Origin: Alphaproteobacteria bacterium
GTDB taxonomy: Bacteria > Pseudomonadota > Alphaproteobacteria > GCA-2731375
Direction of reading: 5' to 3'
DNA length: 64,000 nucleotides
Assembly (NCBI GenBank): GCA_965225945.1
Contig: CBDDBZ010000034.1
Coordinates: 256,001-320,000 of the forward strand
The number at the start of each line of letters is the position of its first letter. The first letter of the stretch is position 1. The notes beneath the pieces were generated by a model. It saw only the letters and a program-made list of their open reading frames with translations. It was not told the DNA's origin and did no database searches. Shown in pieces: positions 52,608 to 62,780 of this stretch. The translations under genes and the position numbers were made by a program.

Positions 52608-53504
52608 ATGGATGGTCCCCGCCTCTGGGACCGGCGGGTGCGGGCCGAGGCCCTGCGAGGCTATCCCCTCGAAGACGTCGTCCGCCGCCTCGGCTACCGC
52701 CGCGATCCCACCGATGCCGCGCGCTGGAGGCGTCCCGGATCCGTCGTCAGCATCAACGGCTTTATGTTCTACGAACATCTGCGCGGCGAGGGCGGGGGCG
52801 GAGCGATCGACCTGGTAATCCATGCCTGCCGGTGCACCGTGCCCGAGGCCCTCGGCTTCTTCTCGGAACTGCCGTGCCGTGACCGGTTCCCGGCCGATCG
52901 CCACCCGAAGCCGCCGTGCCCGGACCGCCACTGGCCCGCCATCCAGAGCTACCTCGTCGAGCAGCGCGGCCTCGCGGATGTGCTCGTCGCCCTGTGCCGC
53001 GACCTCGGCTTGCTCTACGCCGACCGCCACGGCAACGCCGTGTTCGTCCGCCGAAACGCGGCCGGCGAGGCTCTCGGCGCCGAGATCGTCCCTGCCGCGG
53101 CGCCACGCCGCCTCGCGCCGACCGGCGCCGCCGCGCGCGGCGGCTTCTGGATGTCGTGGGAACCCGACTGGCCGAACTCCGTCATCCTCGCCAAGAACGC
53201 AATCGACGCCCTGTCGGTCCTCTCCCTCCACCTCGTCCCGGCCGGGCGCAAGGGATGCGCCGTGGTCTCAACCGGCGGCGCCACCGCAAGCCTCCCCGAA
53301 TGGATCGAGGCCTGGAACCCCGGCCGGATCTTCTGCGCCTACGACGCCACCCGCCAGGGCGATGACGCCGCGGCACGGCTCATCCGAAACGACAGCAGGG
53401 TCGTCCGCCTGCGCCCTGCCCTCGACGGCCTGGACTGGAACGACATGCTCATGCGCGACCGCGCCGGCGAACCGCTCCAGATCGATGACCGGCCCCTCGA
53501 CTGA
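52608..53504 (+). CDS. DUF3991/Toprim primase-like passenger protein
   Basis: 298-aa version of 945-1835. Confidence 0.7.
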   Translation: MDGPRLWDRRVRAEALRGYPLEDVVRRLGYRRDPTDAARWRRPGSVVSINGFMFYEHLRGEGGGGAIDLVIHACRCTVPEALGFFSELPCRDRFPADRHPKPPCPDRHWPAIQSYLVEQRGLADVLVALCRDLGLLYADRHGNAVFVRRNAAGEALGAEIVPAAAPRRLAPTGAAARGGFWMSWEPDWPNSVILAKNAIDALSVLSLHLVPAGRKGCAVVSTGGATASLPEWIEAWNPGRIFCAYDATRQGDDAAARLIRNDSRVVRLRPALDGLDWNDMLMRDRAGEPLQIDDRPLD

Positions 53505-54091
53505 ATAGCCACAGCGCGAAACAAAATCAGCCAAGCCCAAAAGCATCCCGTCAGCCAACCGCCACCGACCGCTCAAAAAGAGCACCATATAAGCGCACCC
53601 TGGAACCACCGCTAGCCGTCCGGTCGAGGTCCATGCCTACGCCGATCGCATCGTCATCCGCCAGGACGGCGAGATCGTCGCCGAGCATGCCCGGCGCTTC
53701 GGCCGCGACCAGACCGTCTATGACCCGTGGCACTACGTGCCCGTGCTGGCGAGGAAGCCCGGTGCGCTTCGTAACGGCGCGCCGTTCAAGGACTGGGCGC
53801 TGCCCGGCGCCCTGGGTCGCGTGCGCGTCCGGCTCGCCGGCCACGACGACGGCGACAGGCAGATGGTCGAGATCCTCACCGCCGTGCTGGCGGATGGGCT
53901 GGCGGCGGTGGAGGCCGCCTGTGCCGAGGCGCTCGCTGGCGGCGTGTGCAGCGCCGACGTCGTGCTCAACATCCTCAATCGTCGGCGCCAGCCGTCCGAG
54001 ACGGCGCCGATCCCGACGCCCGCGAACCTGCGTCTTCGCTTTGAGCCGGTGGCCGATTGCACCCGCTACGACCGCTTGAGGGGGGTCGGCC

Positions 54092-54820
54092 ATGGAGCGC
54101 CATGAGGTCCTGGAGATGATGGCCGCACTCAAGCTCGCCGGCATGCGCGACGCGTTCGACGAGGTGCTCGCCGACGGCCTCAAGCGCCAGCATCCGATGC
54201 AGCGAATCATCGGCGAGCTGTTGAAGGCCGAGATCGCCGACAAGCAGGCGCGATCCATCAAGTACCAGATGAGTGGCGCCAAGCTGCCGCTGGCCAAGGA
54301 GCTGGCCGACTTCGACTTCACCGACACCCCGGTCAACGAGCCGCTGGTCCGCGAGTTGGCGGTCGGCGGCTTCCTGGCCAACCAGCGCAACGCCGTGCTG
54401 ATCGGCGGCACCGGCACCGGCAAGAGCCATCTCGCCGTCGCCATCGCGCGGGCCTGCATCCGCGATGGCGCCCGGGGCCGCTTCTTCAACGTCGTCGACC
54501 TGGTCAACCGGCTCGAGGCCGAAGCCCGCGCCGGCCGCCAGGGCCGGCTCGCCGATCAGCTGGCCCGGCGCGACCTCGTCATCCTCGACGAGCTCGGCTA
54601 CCTGCCCTTCGCCCAAACCGGAGGCCAGCTGCTGTTCCACCTCGTCAGCCGGCTCTACGAGCGCACCTCGATCATCGTCACCACCAACCTGACCTTCGGC
54701 GAATGGCCGTCCGTCTTCGGCGACGCCAAGATGACCACCGCGCTCCTCGATCGTCTGACGCACCACTGCGAGATCATCGAGACCGGAAACGACTCCTGGC
54801 GCTTCAAGAATCGGTCCTAA
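54092..54820 (+). CDS. istB: IS21 ATPase IstB (host element)
   Basis: [29 protein letters not shown]. Confidence 0.95.
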   Translation: MERHEVLEMMAALKLAGMRDAFDEVLADGLKRQHPMQRIIGELLKAEIADKQARSIKYQMSGAKLPLAKELADFDFTDTPVNEPLVRELAVGGFLANQRNAVLIGGTGTGKSHLAVAIARACIRDGARGRFFNVVDLVNRLEAEARAGRQGRLADQLARRDLVILDELGYLPFAQTGGQLLFHLVSRLYERTSIIVTTNLTFGEWPSVFGDAKMTTALLDRLTHHCEIIETGNDSWRFKNRS

Positions 54821-55023
54821 AGGCAACCGATCCACCTGCCGCCCGGTCGCCCAGGTGGGCCCACAGGAACCTCCCACGCGCGGTCCGCCGCCAGCCGCGT
54901 GGTGGGCGCGTCGGCCCGCGCGCGGGCCCCTCCTATGGACTACCTGTACGACCTCCGCCGTGCATCCCCAAAGGGGTCAACATTGCACGCCGATAGGGGG
55001 TCAATGTTCAACGCCGATTGACA

Positions 55024-56051
55024 AGCAGTTCGCGGGCAAGGGAGATGTTGCGGGTGCGACCGCCGTTGGCGAAGAGGCCGTAATGGCGGATGCGGTGAAA
55101 GCCCGAGGGCAGGACATGGAGGAGGAAGCGGCGGATGAACTCGGGCACGGCCAGGGGCAAGGTCTTGTAGCGCTCGCGTCCTTTGCGCCGGTAGTCCTTG
55201 TACTTGAAGATGACGCCTTGGCTGTCGCAGCTGACCAGGCGGCTGTTCGAGATGGCGACACGGTGGGTGTAGCGGGAGAGATAGGCGAGCACGGCCTCTG
55301 GTCCGCCGAAGGGCGGCTTGGCGTAGACGACCCATTCTTGTTTGCGCATCGGTGCGAGGAAGACACGGAAGGCCGCCGGCTCGGCGAGGCTGGTGTGGTC
55401 GGTGAAGAACTTCAGGCGCCCTGCCTCGTGGGCGGCGAGGAGCTTCTCGATGAAGAGGCGGCGGAAGAGGCGCGAGAGCACGCGGACGGGCAGGAAGAAG
55501 CCGGGCCGGCAAGAGATCCAACTGCTACCGTCAGGTGAGATTCCGCCACCCGGCACGATCATGTGGATGTGGGGATGGTGGGTCATGGCCGAGCCCCAGG
55601 TGTGGAGCACGGCGGTGATGCCGATCTTGGCGCCGAGATGCTTGGGATCGGCGGCGATGGTGAGCATGGTCTCGGCGCTCGCCTTGAACAGGATATCGTA
55701 GATCACCGACTTGTTCTGATAGGCGATGTCGGCGATCGCCGCTGGCAGGGTGAAGACGAGATGGTAGTAGGGGACGGAGAGCAGTTCGGCCTCTCGCGCC
55801 GCCAGCCATTCGCGCGCGACCTGGCCTTGGCATTTGGGACAATGGCGGTTGCGACAGGAATTGTAGGCGATGTGGTTCTGCCCGCAGTCCTCGCAGGCCG
55901 CGACATGACCGCCGAGCGCGGCGGTGCGGCAACACTCGATCGCCGACATGACCTTCAGTTGGCCGAGGCTCAGACGACCGGCCCGGGCCCGACGGAAGCC
56001 GGGCCCGTGGTCGCGGAAGATGTCCTGGACCTCGAGCGCGGGACGCGGCAC
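55024..56051 (-). pseudogene. IS91-family transposase lacking its C-terminal tail
   Basis: HUH and YLSRY intact; C-terminal CPQC region present in copy 1 is missing. Confidence 0.88.
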
Positions 56052-56064
56052 CGAGGCCGCCGGC

Positions 56065-56970
56065 TCACTTCGGCGGCTTGCGCTTGGTCTTGGGCGTCGG
56101 CGGCTCGAGCAGGTCCAGTGGGCTCTTGGCGCGCCGCAAGGTGGTGCTGGCGACCTGGGTGTAGTGAGCCGTGGTCTCCAGCTTCTTGTGCCCCAGTAGA
56201 ACCTGGATCACGCGGATGTCGACGCCCTGTTCGAGGAGATGGGTGGCGAAGCAGTGGCGCAGCGTGTGAAGCGAGATCCGCTTCTCGATCCCCGCCCCCG
56301 CCTTGGCGCCATCGAGGGCGCGACGGAGCTGGCGGGTGGTCAACGGGTTGACCGGGTTCTGGCCTGGAAACAGCCAACCGCCGGGCAGCATCACGCCGCG
56401 GGCGCGGCCAAGCAACCACCAGACCCTGAGCTGCTCGACGGCGCGATCCGAGAGCATGGCGTAGCGATCTCGGCGGCCCTTACCTTGCTCGATGCGAAGC
56501 GTCTTGCGGTTGCTGTCGATGTCCGGGACCTTGAGATGGACCACCTCCGAAGCGCGCAGGCCGGCGCCATAGGCCAGCGAAAAGGCCGCCTTGTATTTGG
56601 GACCGGGGGCGGCATCGAGAAGCCGCGCCATTTCCTCGACGCTCAGGATCACCGGCAGCTTGCGCGGCATTGCCACCGTCGTCATGCCGATCTCGGCGTC
56701 GCCTCGGCCGAGCGTGACGCCGAAGAAGAACCGCAATGCCGAGACCGCCGCGTTCATCGTCGTCGCCGATGCGCCTGCTTTGCGCATATGCACTTGATAG
56801 CGCCTGAGATCCTCCGCCTCCGCCCGATCCGGAGAGCGTGCGAGAAAGTCGGAAAAGCCGGCCACCGCACTGATGTAGCCGCGCTGCGTGTTGGCACTGA
56901 AGCCGCGAAGCACCATGTCGTCGATCATGCGCTGGCGCAGCGGGCTGATGGTCTTGTCACTATCGGTCAT
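56065..56970 (-). CDS. Tyrosine recombinase/integrase
   Basis: Same protein as 29977-30882. Confidence 0.95.
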   Translation of the reverse strand: MTDSDKTISPLRQRMIDDMVLRGFSANTQRGYISAVAGFSDFLARSPDRAEAEDLRRYQVHMRKAGASATTMNAAVSALRFFFGVTLGRGDAEIGMTTVAMPRKLPVILSVEEMARLLDAAPGPKYKAAFSLAYGAGLRASEVVHLKVPDIDSNRKTLRIEQGKGRRDRYAMLSDRAVEQLRVWWLLGRARGVMLPGGWLFPGQNPVNPLTTRQLRRALDGAKAGAGIEKRISLHTLRHCFATHLLEQGVDIRVIQVLLGHKKLETTAHYTQVASTTLRRAKSPLDLLEPPTPKTKRKPPK

Positions 56971-57204
56971 GGGTCTGCTCCCGTGTTGCGTGAGCTTCGG
57001 AACTCCAAACCTCAACACAGGATCGACCCATCCGTTACGCCACCGACCTCACCGCCCGGCACCACGAACTACCGCTGAAAGCGGTTTCGTTCTTTGACCC
57101 AAACCGGTCATCCCGCAGATTGCAGCCGACCGCGGATGTCAGGTTTTGAGGCTGCGGATTTGGAGGAAGCGGTCAGTCGCCTAAGCCCGCTTTGCGGAGG
57201 CCTT

Positions 57205-58655
57205 GGCGATGTCCCGCCCAATGTTGAAAAGTGCGAGATAGGCATCGTCTGATCGAGAGGCTACGCGGCCACCTCGATGTCTTCAATGACGGACTTTGCT
57301 CCGGCCTTTCTCACCGCCTCCCGCAGGGCGGCGTCAAGGACGGGGAGCTGGCGGTAGGCCTTGAGGCGGCGGAAGGTCTTTTGCGCCTCCAAGAGGCCGG
57401 CGGCGGTCCAACGCAGCGCCATCTCGGCGTTGCGCCAGCGCTTGACGTTCCGCTGCACCGTCCGGACGGTGCCGATCGCGTTCTCGATGGCGTTGGTGCA
57501 AGCCAGCGAGTGTCGAAGTTGCGGCGGGAGGCCGAGCCGGATCACGGTCAGGATCTCGTCCAGGCCCTCCAGGATCGAGCCCGAGACGCCGGGTGCGTCA
57601 TGCTCCAGACGGCGGGCGAGGTTGCGCAAGAGCCGTTCGGCCTTGGCCGCGTCGTCCTGCTGCCAGGCCTGCCGCAAGACCTTCCTGACGCCGGCATGGA
57701 GGCTCTCGTCCAGCCGGTCCGTGATGTTGCGCCCCTTGTGCACCTGGCAGCGCTGGAGGGCCGCCGCCCGCCCGAAGGTCCGCCGGATCGCCTTCGAGAG
57801 CGCCTTGGCGCCGTCGACGGTGTAGAGCCGAGGCCGTTCGGGATCGAGACCGCGCTCGATCAGGTTGTCGAGCATGGCTTGCACCGTGGCCGCGTTCTCC
57901 GTCGCGCCCTCGGCCAGGCCCAGCACGTGCTTCGCGCCGCCGGTGTCGATGCCGATCGCCGCCACCATCAGGTGATCGCCGACATGGAGCCCGTCGATCT
58001 GGAGCACCACGAGATCGAGATCGTCGAGCGGGCTCGCCAGCCAGGCCTTCAGCTTGCTTCGCGTCAACGCCACGAAACGGCGCGAGACCGCCGACTTCGA
58101 GGTTGCGTCACCCGATGCCGCCGGCAGATCGCCGCCCGCATCGTCCGGCAGGCGCACCGCGCGGGCATACTTGCGGGTCGAGACGTTGATCACCATCAGA
58201 TTCATCGCCCAGGCTTGCAAGAGTTCGGGTTCCGACAGCAGCTCCCAACTCGGCAGGCTCATCTCCCGACCCGCGAAGTCCCGCACCCGAGGGCGCTCGA
58301 CCTTCACTTTGCCGCCGTGGTAGGCGATCTCGCTCCGGGTCGTGCCCCATCGATGGCCCTTGCGCTCGCCCGAGCGGGCGTGGCGCGAACCGCACAAGGC
58401 TTCCGCGTCCGCCGACATCATCTCGTTCAAAGACTCGAGGCCCGCCAAAAGGCAGAAGCGATCGACGCTCATGCGCAGATCGTCGAAGGCCTCCGGCATC
58501 GATGGCAAGAGCCGACAGGATGGTTCCGAGGAACGGTCGTTGCGTGTAGTCTTGGTCATGGCGTCGTTCTCCTTGATGGAATCAGCACCCAGAGCCTAGC
58601 GGCTCCAGGCGGACGACGCCTACTTCAGCTTTTCAACAGAGCCCGGGACATCCCC
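57205..58655 (-). mobile_element. IS256-family element
   Basis: IR GGCGATGTCCCG..TGTTGAAAAG / GGGGATGTCCCG..TGTTGAAAAG; flanks GAGGCCTT and GAGGCCGT (7/8 TSD). Confidence 0.92.
57261..58559 (-). CDS. IS256 (mutator) transposase
   Basis: LQIDG, VDGAKAL, QRCQVHK, TNAIEN. Confidence 0.95.
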   Translation of the reverse strand: MTKTTRNDRSSEPSCRLLPSMPEAFDDLRMSVDRFCLLAGLESLNEMMSADAEALCGSRHARSGERKGHRWGTTRSEIAYHGGKVKVERPRVRDFAGREMSLPSWELLSEPELLQAWAMNLMVINVSTRKYARAVRLPDDAGGDLPAASGDATSKSAVSRRFVALTRSKLKAWLASPLDDLDLVVLQIDGLHVGDHLMVAAIGIDTGGAKHVLGLAEGATENAATVQAMLDNLIERGLDPERPRLYTVDGAKALSKAIRRTFGRAAALQRCQVHKGRNITDRLDESLHAGVRKVLRQAWQQDDAAKAERLLRNLARRLEHDAPGVSGSILEGLDEILTVIRLGLPPQLRHSLACTNAIENAIGTVRTVQRNVKRWRNAEMALRWTAAGLLEAQKTFRRLKAYRQLPVLDAALREAVRKAGAKSVIEDIEVAA

Positions 58656-60530
58656 GAGGCCGTCCAGGTACCGCTGGTAGGTCTGAAGCGCGACGGGATC
58701 GCTGGATGCGATCTGATCGCTGTACCGACCCAAGCTGATGCCGGGTCGCAACTCCTTGAACTTTTCCAACGCCGCCTTGGCCTTTTTCGAATTACCGAGA
58801 TATGTATAAGCGCTGGCAAGAACGGCGTAGTTGTGCGGGTGCTTGGGATTCGCGGCTATGCCTTTCTGGGCGGTTTCAACCGCTTGCGCATCTTCCCCAA
58901 TGGCGACTTGCGCCCGTCCGATCGTGCCGTACCAGACCGAGCGCAGCGGGTCGCGCGGGCTCAACGCGAACGCGCGCTCGACCGACTGAATCGCCTCGCG
59001 CGGTTTGCCAAGCCGGATGAGGGCGACGCCGGAAAAGAAATAGGCCGGCGCATGATTGCGATTGAGCGCAATGCATTGACGCATCATCTCCAGGGATTTC
59101 CGCGTATCGCCCATGCGGTAGTAGAGAAATCCCAGGGCGTAGACCGCGTCGGCGTTTCTCGGATCGAGAGCGACCGATTTCTCGCCGGCCGCGATGCCCT
59201 TCTGGACCGCCTCGTCGCGGGGCATGTCCCAGCCGTATGTCGCGGCCCGCGCATAGGCATAGGCGGTGACGCCGAGCGCCTCGGCGTTCTCGGGATCGAG
59301 CTGCAGGGCGCGATCGGCGTAGTCCAGCGCCGCCCGGTTCGTCTCCGGATTTTGCGGCTTCGTCCAGAGTTCCGCCCAGGCCCGGAGCGCAAGGTCCTTG
59401 GCGTCGAGATTCTCGGCCCGGCCGCGGGCGGCCTGGCGGCTCATGGCCTCCTTCAGCTCGAGGTTGAGTGCCCGGGCGACGCGCCCGGTGACCTCGTTCT
59501 GAAAGGTGTACATGTCGCCGGCGGTCCTCTCGTAGCGCTCCGACCACACCTGTTGACCGTTCTCGCCGTCGGTCAATTGAACACTCACCCGAATATCGCG
59601 CTGCCCCCGCCGCACCGTGCCTTCGAGCAAGTACCGAACGCCGAGCTCACGCGCCACCTGTCTGGGATCGATCTCCCGGCCGCGATAGGTCGCGGCGGTC
59701 GACCGCGAAATCACGAAGCTTCCGGCGATCCGCGACAGGTCGACGGTCAGATCCTCGGTCACCGCGTCGGCGAAATAGTCCTGGTCCCGATCACCGCTCA
59801 GATTGGCGAACGGCAAGACCGCGATCGATAATTGCGGCTTGCCGAGTGTCGGTGGCAACGCGCCATCGGTGTCGGTCGACGTCGACAGTCCGAGCCAGAT
59901 GCCCAGGCCGGCGATGCCGGCGAGCAGACCGAGAGCGGCGGCGATCGCGCGCCATCGGTACAAGGTCAGGCCTCGCCGCTTCGGTTCCGCCAACTCGGCC
60001 GCGCCGTCAGGTCCGTATTGATAGGTCCGAATCGGCCGGGCAATGTTCTTGAAGGCCTGTTCGCCGAGATCGACAAAGGTGTGAGGAAGCTTGTCCCGTA
60101 CTTGCTCGTAGGCGGACTGAGAGAGGCATACGCCTCCGGGCGATGCCAGCTGTTCTAGCCGGGCGGCAATATTCACGCCATCGCCGAAGATATCATCGTC
60201 CTCGATAATCACGTCGCCAAGATTGACGCCGATGCGGAGAATGATCTGCTTGTCGGTGGAAACATCCGTGTTGGCGGCCCGCATGCCATGCTGAATTTCG
60301 ACGGCGCATTCCACGGCGGCGACAACGCTCGGGAACTCGACCAGCAGACCGTCCCCCGTCGTCTTGACGATACGACCACCGCGCTCCGCGAGCCTTGGGT
60401 CGATGACACCGGCCCGGCGCGCCCGCAAAGCCTCGAGCGTGCCTGCTTCGTCGATGCCCATAAGACGGGAGTAGCCGACGACATCCGCAGCCACGATGGC
60501 CGCCAATCTGCGTTGAGTTCCCTCGGACAT
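58620..60530 (-). CDS. Class III adenylate cyclase - TolB-like - TPR protein; last codons replaced by IS256
   Basis: RRLAAIVAADVVGYS, GDGVNIAARLE, SIAVLPFANLS, TPRs; native tail RKAGLGD* lies at 57173-57196. Confidence 0.92.
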   Translation of the reverse strand: MSEGTQRRLAAIVAADVVGYSRLMGIDEAGTLEALRARRAGVIDPRLAERGGRIVKTTGDGLLVEFPSVVAAVECAVEIQHGMRAANTDVSTDKQIILRIGVNLGDVIIEDDDIFGDGVNIAARLEQLASPGGVCLSQSAYEQVRDKLPHTFVDLGEQAFKNIARPIRTYQYGPDGAAELAEPKRRGLTLYRWRAIAAALGLLAGIAGLGIWLGLSTSTDTDGALPPTLGKPQLSIAVLPFANLSGDRDQDYFADAVTEDLTVDLSRIAGSFVISRSTAATYRGREIDPRQVARELGVRYLLEGTVRRGQRDIRVSVQLTDGENGQQVWSERYERTAGDMYTFQNEVTGRVARALNLELKEAMSRQAARGRAENLDAKDLALRAWAELWTKPQNPETNRAALDYADRALQLDPENAEALGVTAYAYARAATYGWDMPRDEAVQKGIAAGEKSVALDPRNADAVYALGFLYYRMGDTRKSLEMMRQCIALNRNHAPAYFFSGVALIRLGKPREAIQSVERAFALSPRDPLRSVWYGTIGRAQVAIGEDAQAVETAQKGIAANPKHPHNYAVLASAYTYLGNSKKAKAALEKFKELRPGISLGRYSDQIASSDPVALQTYQRYLDGLGDVPGSVEKLK

Positions 60531-60993
60531 GGCAGCATTCTATCGAAGCCGGCCAATCTCAGGAACATCTTCCGCAATGGCTTCGAAAAAATGGGGACAG
60601 TTACCATTTTCCGCGTCTCCTCCGCACCCGAATTCAACGTGTTCCCAAAGATATCGAGAGGCACGTCCCGCCCTTCATCTCATGATGGCACGGTCGTCCC
60701 AACCCCAACGGGGTCGCCGCATACGACGGCGCTGGCGGCCTGCCGCGCCGCTTCGTGCACAGGCCCTCGCTCGGCGAGCACCTGGCCTTCATCCAGTAGA
60801 ACGGCGACCGTCTCTCCACCGCGCCGGCAACGTGGTGGAGCGCTACGGCTATCCTCCCTATGGGGCCGGCAACGGCCCCGGCGCCACTCCCTACCGCTTC
60901 GCCGCCCGCCCGGGAGGCTGGCGGCGGGGCGGCCTCGGGCGGTATAGTGCCGGCCGTGGCACCCGCGCGGGGCGCGGCCTGGATGCGAGCGAC

Positions 60994-61653
60994 ATGGGCG
61001 AAGTACGGCTACTGGGGCGGCGGATCGAACTGGTCTCGATGGATCCCCACTTCCACGACATCTCGATCGGCCTCTACGAGCGGACGAGCGAGGCCGGGGG
61101 TGTCGGCTATCTCGCGCACAGCTACGCCCGTGTCGCGGGCACCGCCGGTCGTCTCGACGAGCTGGTCGGCGCCATGGCGAGGCTCGGCGGCATGGAACGC
61201 CTGGAGGGCGAGGCCGGCGCGCTCCGCTTTGCCTGCGGCGAGGGCCATCGCACGGCGGTCAAGCGCATCTTTCTCGAGGCCGCCAAGCTCGAGTTCGCCG
61301 GCGACGCCAGGGCGCCCGAGGCCCGCGTCGAGGACAAGAAGTTCGCGCTCGACGTCACCGTGACCGGCTTGGGCCAGGGCCGCTACCAGGTCGTGGCGGC
61401 GGGCGAGTCCGATCGCAAGGAGATGCGAATTCGCGCCATCGCAGGCGGCCTGAAACGCCTCGCGGAGCTGGACGACGTCGCCGAGCAGGAGGGCCAAGTC
61501 GCTTTCCCCTGCGGCGCGGCGCATGACGCGCTGGTCGCCTTGCTGCTGCCGCGCGCGCTGAACGTGCGCGCCGCGATGCGGGAGCAGGAGGCGATGCTGG
61601 CCCGTGGCATCCTCGCCGCACCCAGTGCCCAGGCGGGCCCCGGCTCGTTCTGA
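60994..61653 (+). CDS. Hypothetical protein, first gene of the methyltransfer cluster
   Basis: Host-like coding from MGEVRLLGRRIELVSMDPHFHDISIGLY; two F.CG..H motifs; 9 nt from next ORF. Confidence 0.75.
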   Translation: MGEVRLLGRRIELVSMDPHFHDISIGLYERTSEAGGVGYLAHSYARVAGTAGRLDELVGAMARLGGMERLEGEAGALRFACGEGHRTAVKRIFLEAAKLEFAGDARAPEARVEDKKFALDVTVTGLGQGRYQVVAAGESDRKEMRIRAIAGGLKRLAELDDVAEQEGQVAFPCGAAHDALVALLLPRALNVRAAMREQEAMLARGILAAPSAQAGPGSF

Positions 61654-61662
61654 GCCCGAGAC

Positions 61663-62739
61663 ATGACTCCTTCCGAAGGAACCCAAATCATGAGTGACGC
61701 CGCGCCCACCTCGATGACCAGCCGCGAACGGGTCCTGGCCGCGCTTCGGCGCGAGCCGGTCGATCGCACCCCGCTCTGCAATCCCACCTCGGTGGCGACG
61801 GTGGAGCTGATGGACCTGGTCGAGGCGCCCTTCCCGAAGGCCAACCAGGAGCCGGAGCTGATGGCGCGCCTCGCCGCCACCGGCCATACCGAACTCGGCT
61901 TCGACACCATCATGCCGGTGTTCTCGATCATCCAGGAATCCTCCGCGCTGGGCTGCAAGATGCAGTGGGAGCAGAAGGACAACTGGCCGACCGTCAGGAT
62001 GAACGAGCCGATCTGGCAAGGCCCCGACGACGTCCGCGTGCCCAACGACTTTCTGACCCACCGCGAGATGGCCTGCGTGTTGCAGGCAATCGGTATCCTG
62101 AAGCGCGAGTTCGGCGACGAGGTGGCGATCATCGGCAAGACCATGGGACCCTGGACGCTCGGCTATCACTGCTTCGGGGTCGAGCCCTTCTTGCTGATGA
62201 GCCTGGACGATCCGGGGCGCACCAAGCTCTGCCTCGACCGGATGAAGGAGATCACCGTGCAATTCGGGATCGCCCAGCTGGAGGCCGGCGCCGATGCGCT
62301 GACGCTGCCCGACCACGCCACCGGCGATCTGGTCTCCGGCGCCTATTACGAGCGCTTCCTGCTGGAACTCCACAAGGAGATGGTCCAGCGCATTCCGCTT
62401 CCCCTGATCTTGCACATCTGTGGCCGCACGGTCGATCGCATGGACTTCATCGCCCAGACCGGGATGGCCGCCTTCCACTACGATTCGAAGAACAAGCCGG
62501 GCGAATCGATGGCGATCTGCCGCGACCGCATCGCGCTGGTGGGCAATCTCAACAATCCCGAGACGCTGTTCGCGCGGGGGCCGGAGGAAGTCCGGGCCGA
62601 GGTCCTGGCCAACCTGGAGGCGGGCGTGGGGCTGATCGGGCCGGAGTGCGCCATCCCGCTGCAGACGCCGCTCGAGAATCTGCTGGAAATCTCGGCGACG
62701 GTGCGCGAGTGGCACGACGGCGGCGGCACCAGGCATTAA
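61663..62739 (+). CDS. MtaA/CmuA family methylcobamide methyltransferase (UroD fold)
   Basis: SRERVLAAL, GPWTL, ILHICG, LVGNLNN, GPECAIP (Zn ligands HxC..C); start may be 61690. Confidence 0.88.
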   Translation: MTPSEGTQIMSDAAPTSMTSRERVLAALRREPVDRTPLCNPTSVATVELMDLVEAPFPKANQEPELMARLAATGHTELGFDTIMPVFSIIQESSALGCKMQWEQKDNWPTVRMNEPIWQGPDDVRVPNDFLTHREMACVLQAIGILKREFGDEVAIIGKTMGPWTLGYHCFGVEPFLLMSLDDPGRTKLCLDRMKEITVQFGIAQLEAGADALTLPDHATGDLVSGAYYERFLLELHKEMVQRIPLPLILHICGRTVDRMDFIAQTGMAAFHYDSKNKPGESMAICRDRIALVGNLNNPETLFARGPEEVRAEVLANLEAGVGLIGPECAIPLQTPLENLLEISATVREWHDGGGTRH

Positions 62740-62780
62740 TCGCGGCACTTCTAATAGAGTAGGTATCGGGACGGGCGGGC

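Larger units (their letters stand above)
49477..53614 (+). mobile_element. IS21-family four-gene element, copy 2
   Basis: Reverse complement of 832-4966; differences seen: 6 extra bp in the Toprim ORF, one SNP, missing terminal ACA. Confidence 0.95.
48674..54105 (+). pseudogene. istA: istA, disrupted by insertion and internal deletions
   Basis: PGEAYQFDWS, YDNMKTAV up to VSKTC (49476); resumes RPVEVHAY..ARKPGALRNGAPF at 53615; the EKG..E catalytic segment is absent. Confidence 0.9.
48559..55023 (+). mobile_element. Second IS21-family element (host of nested insertion)
   Basis: Ends TGTGGAACGGCGTGCAAAGTTGACCCC / reverse TGTCAATCGGCGTTGAACATTGACCCC with internal reiterations; no TSD. Confidence 0.9.
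55024..57094 (-). mobile_element. Tyrosine recombinase + IS91 element, copy 2 (3'-truncated by IS21)
   Basis: Matches copy 1 without the IS1595; stops at ARELL at the IS21 right end. Confidence 0.92.

Noticed and set aside
57231-59831. 866-aa plus-strand ORF (also 17019-19565, 20696-22813, 46159-47970, 61009-62748)
   Set aside because: Antisense open frames typical of high-GC coding DNA; no motifs
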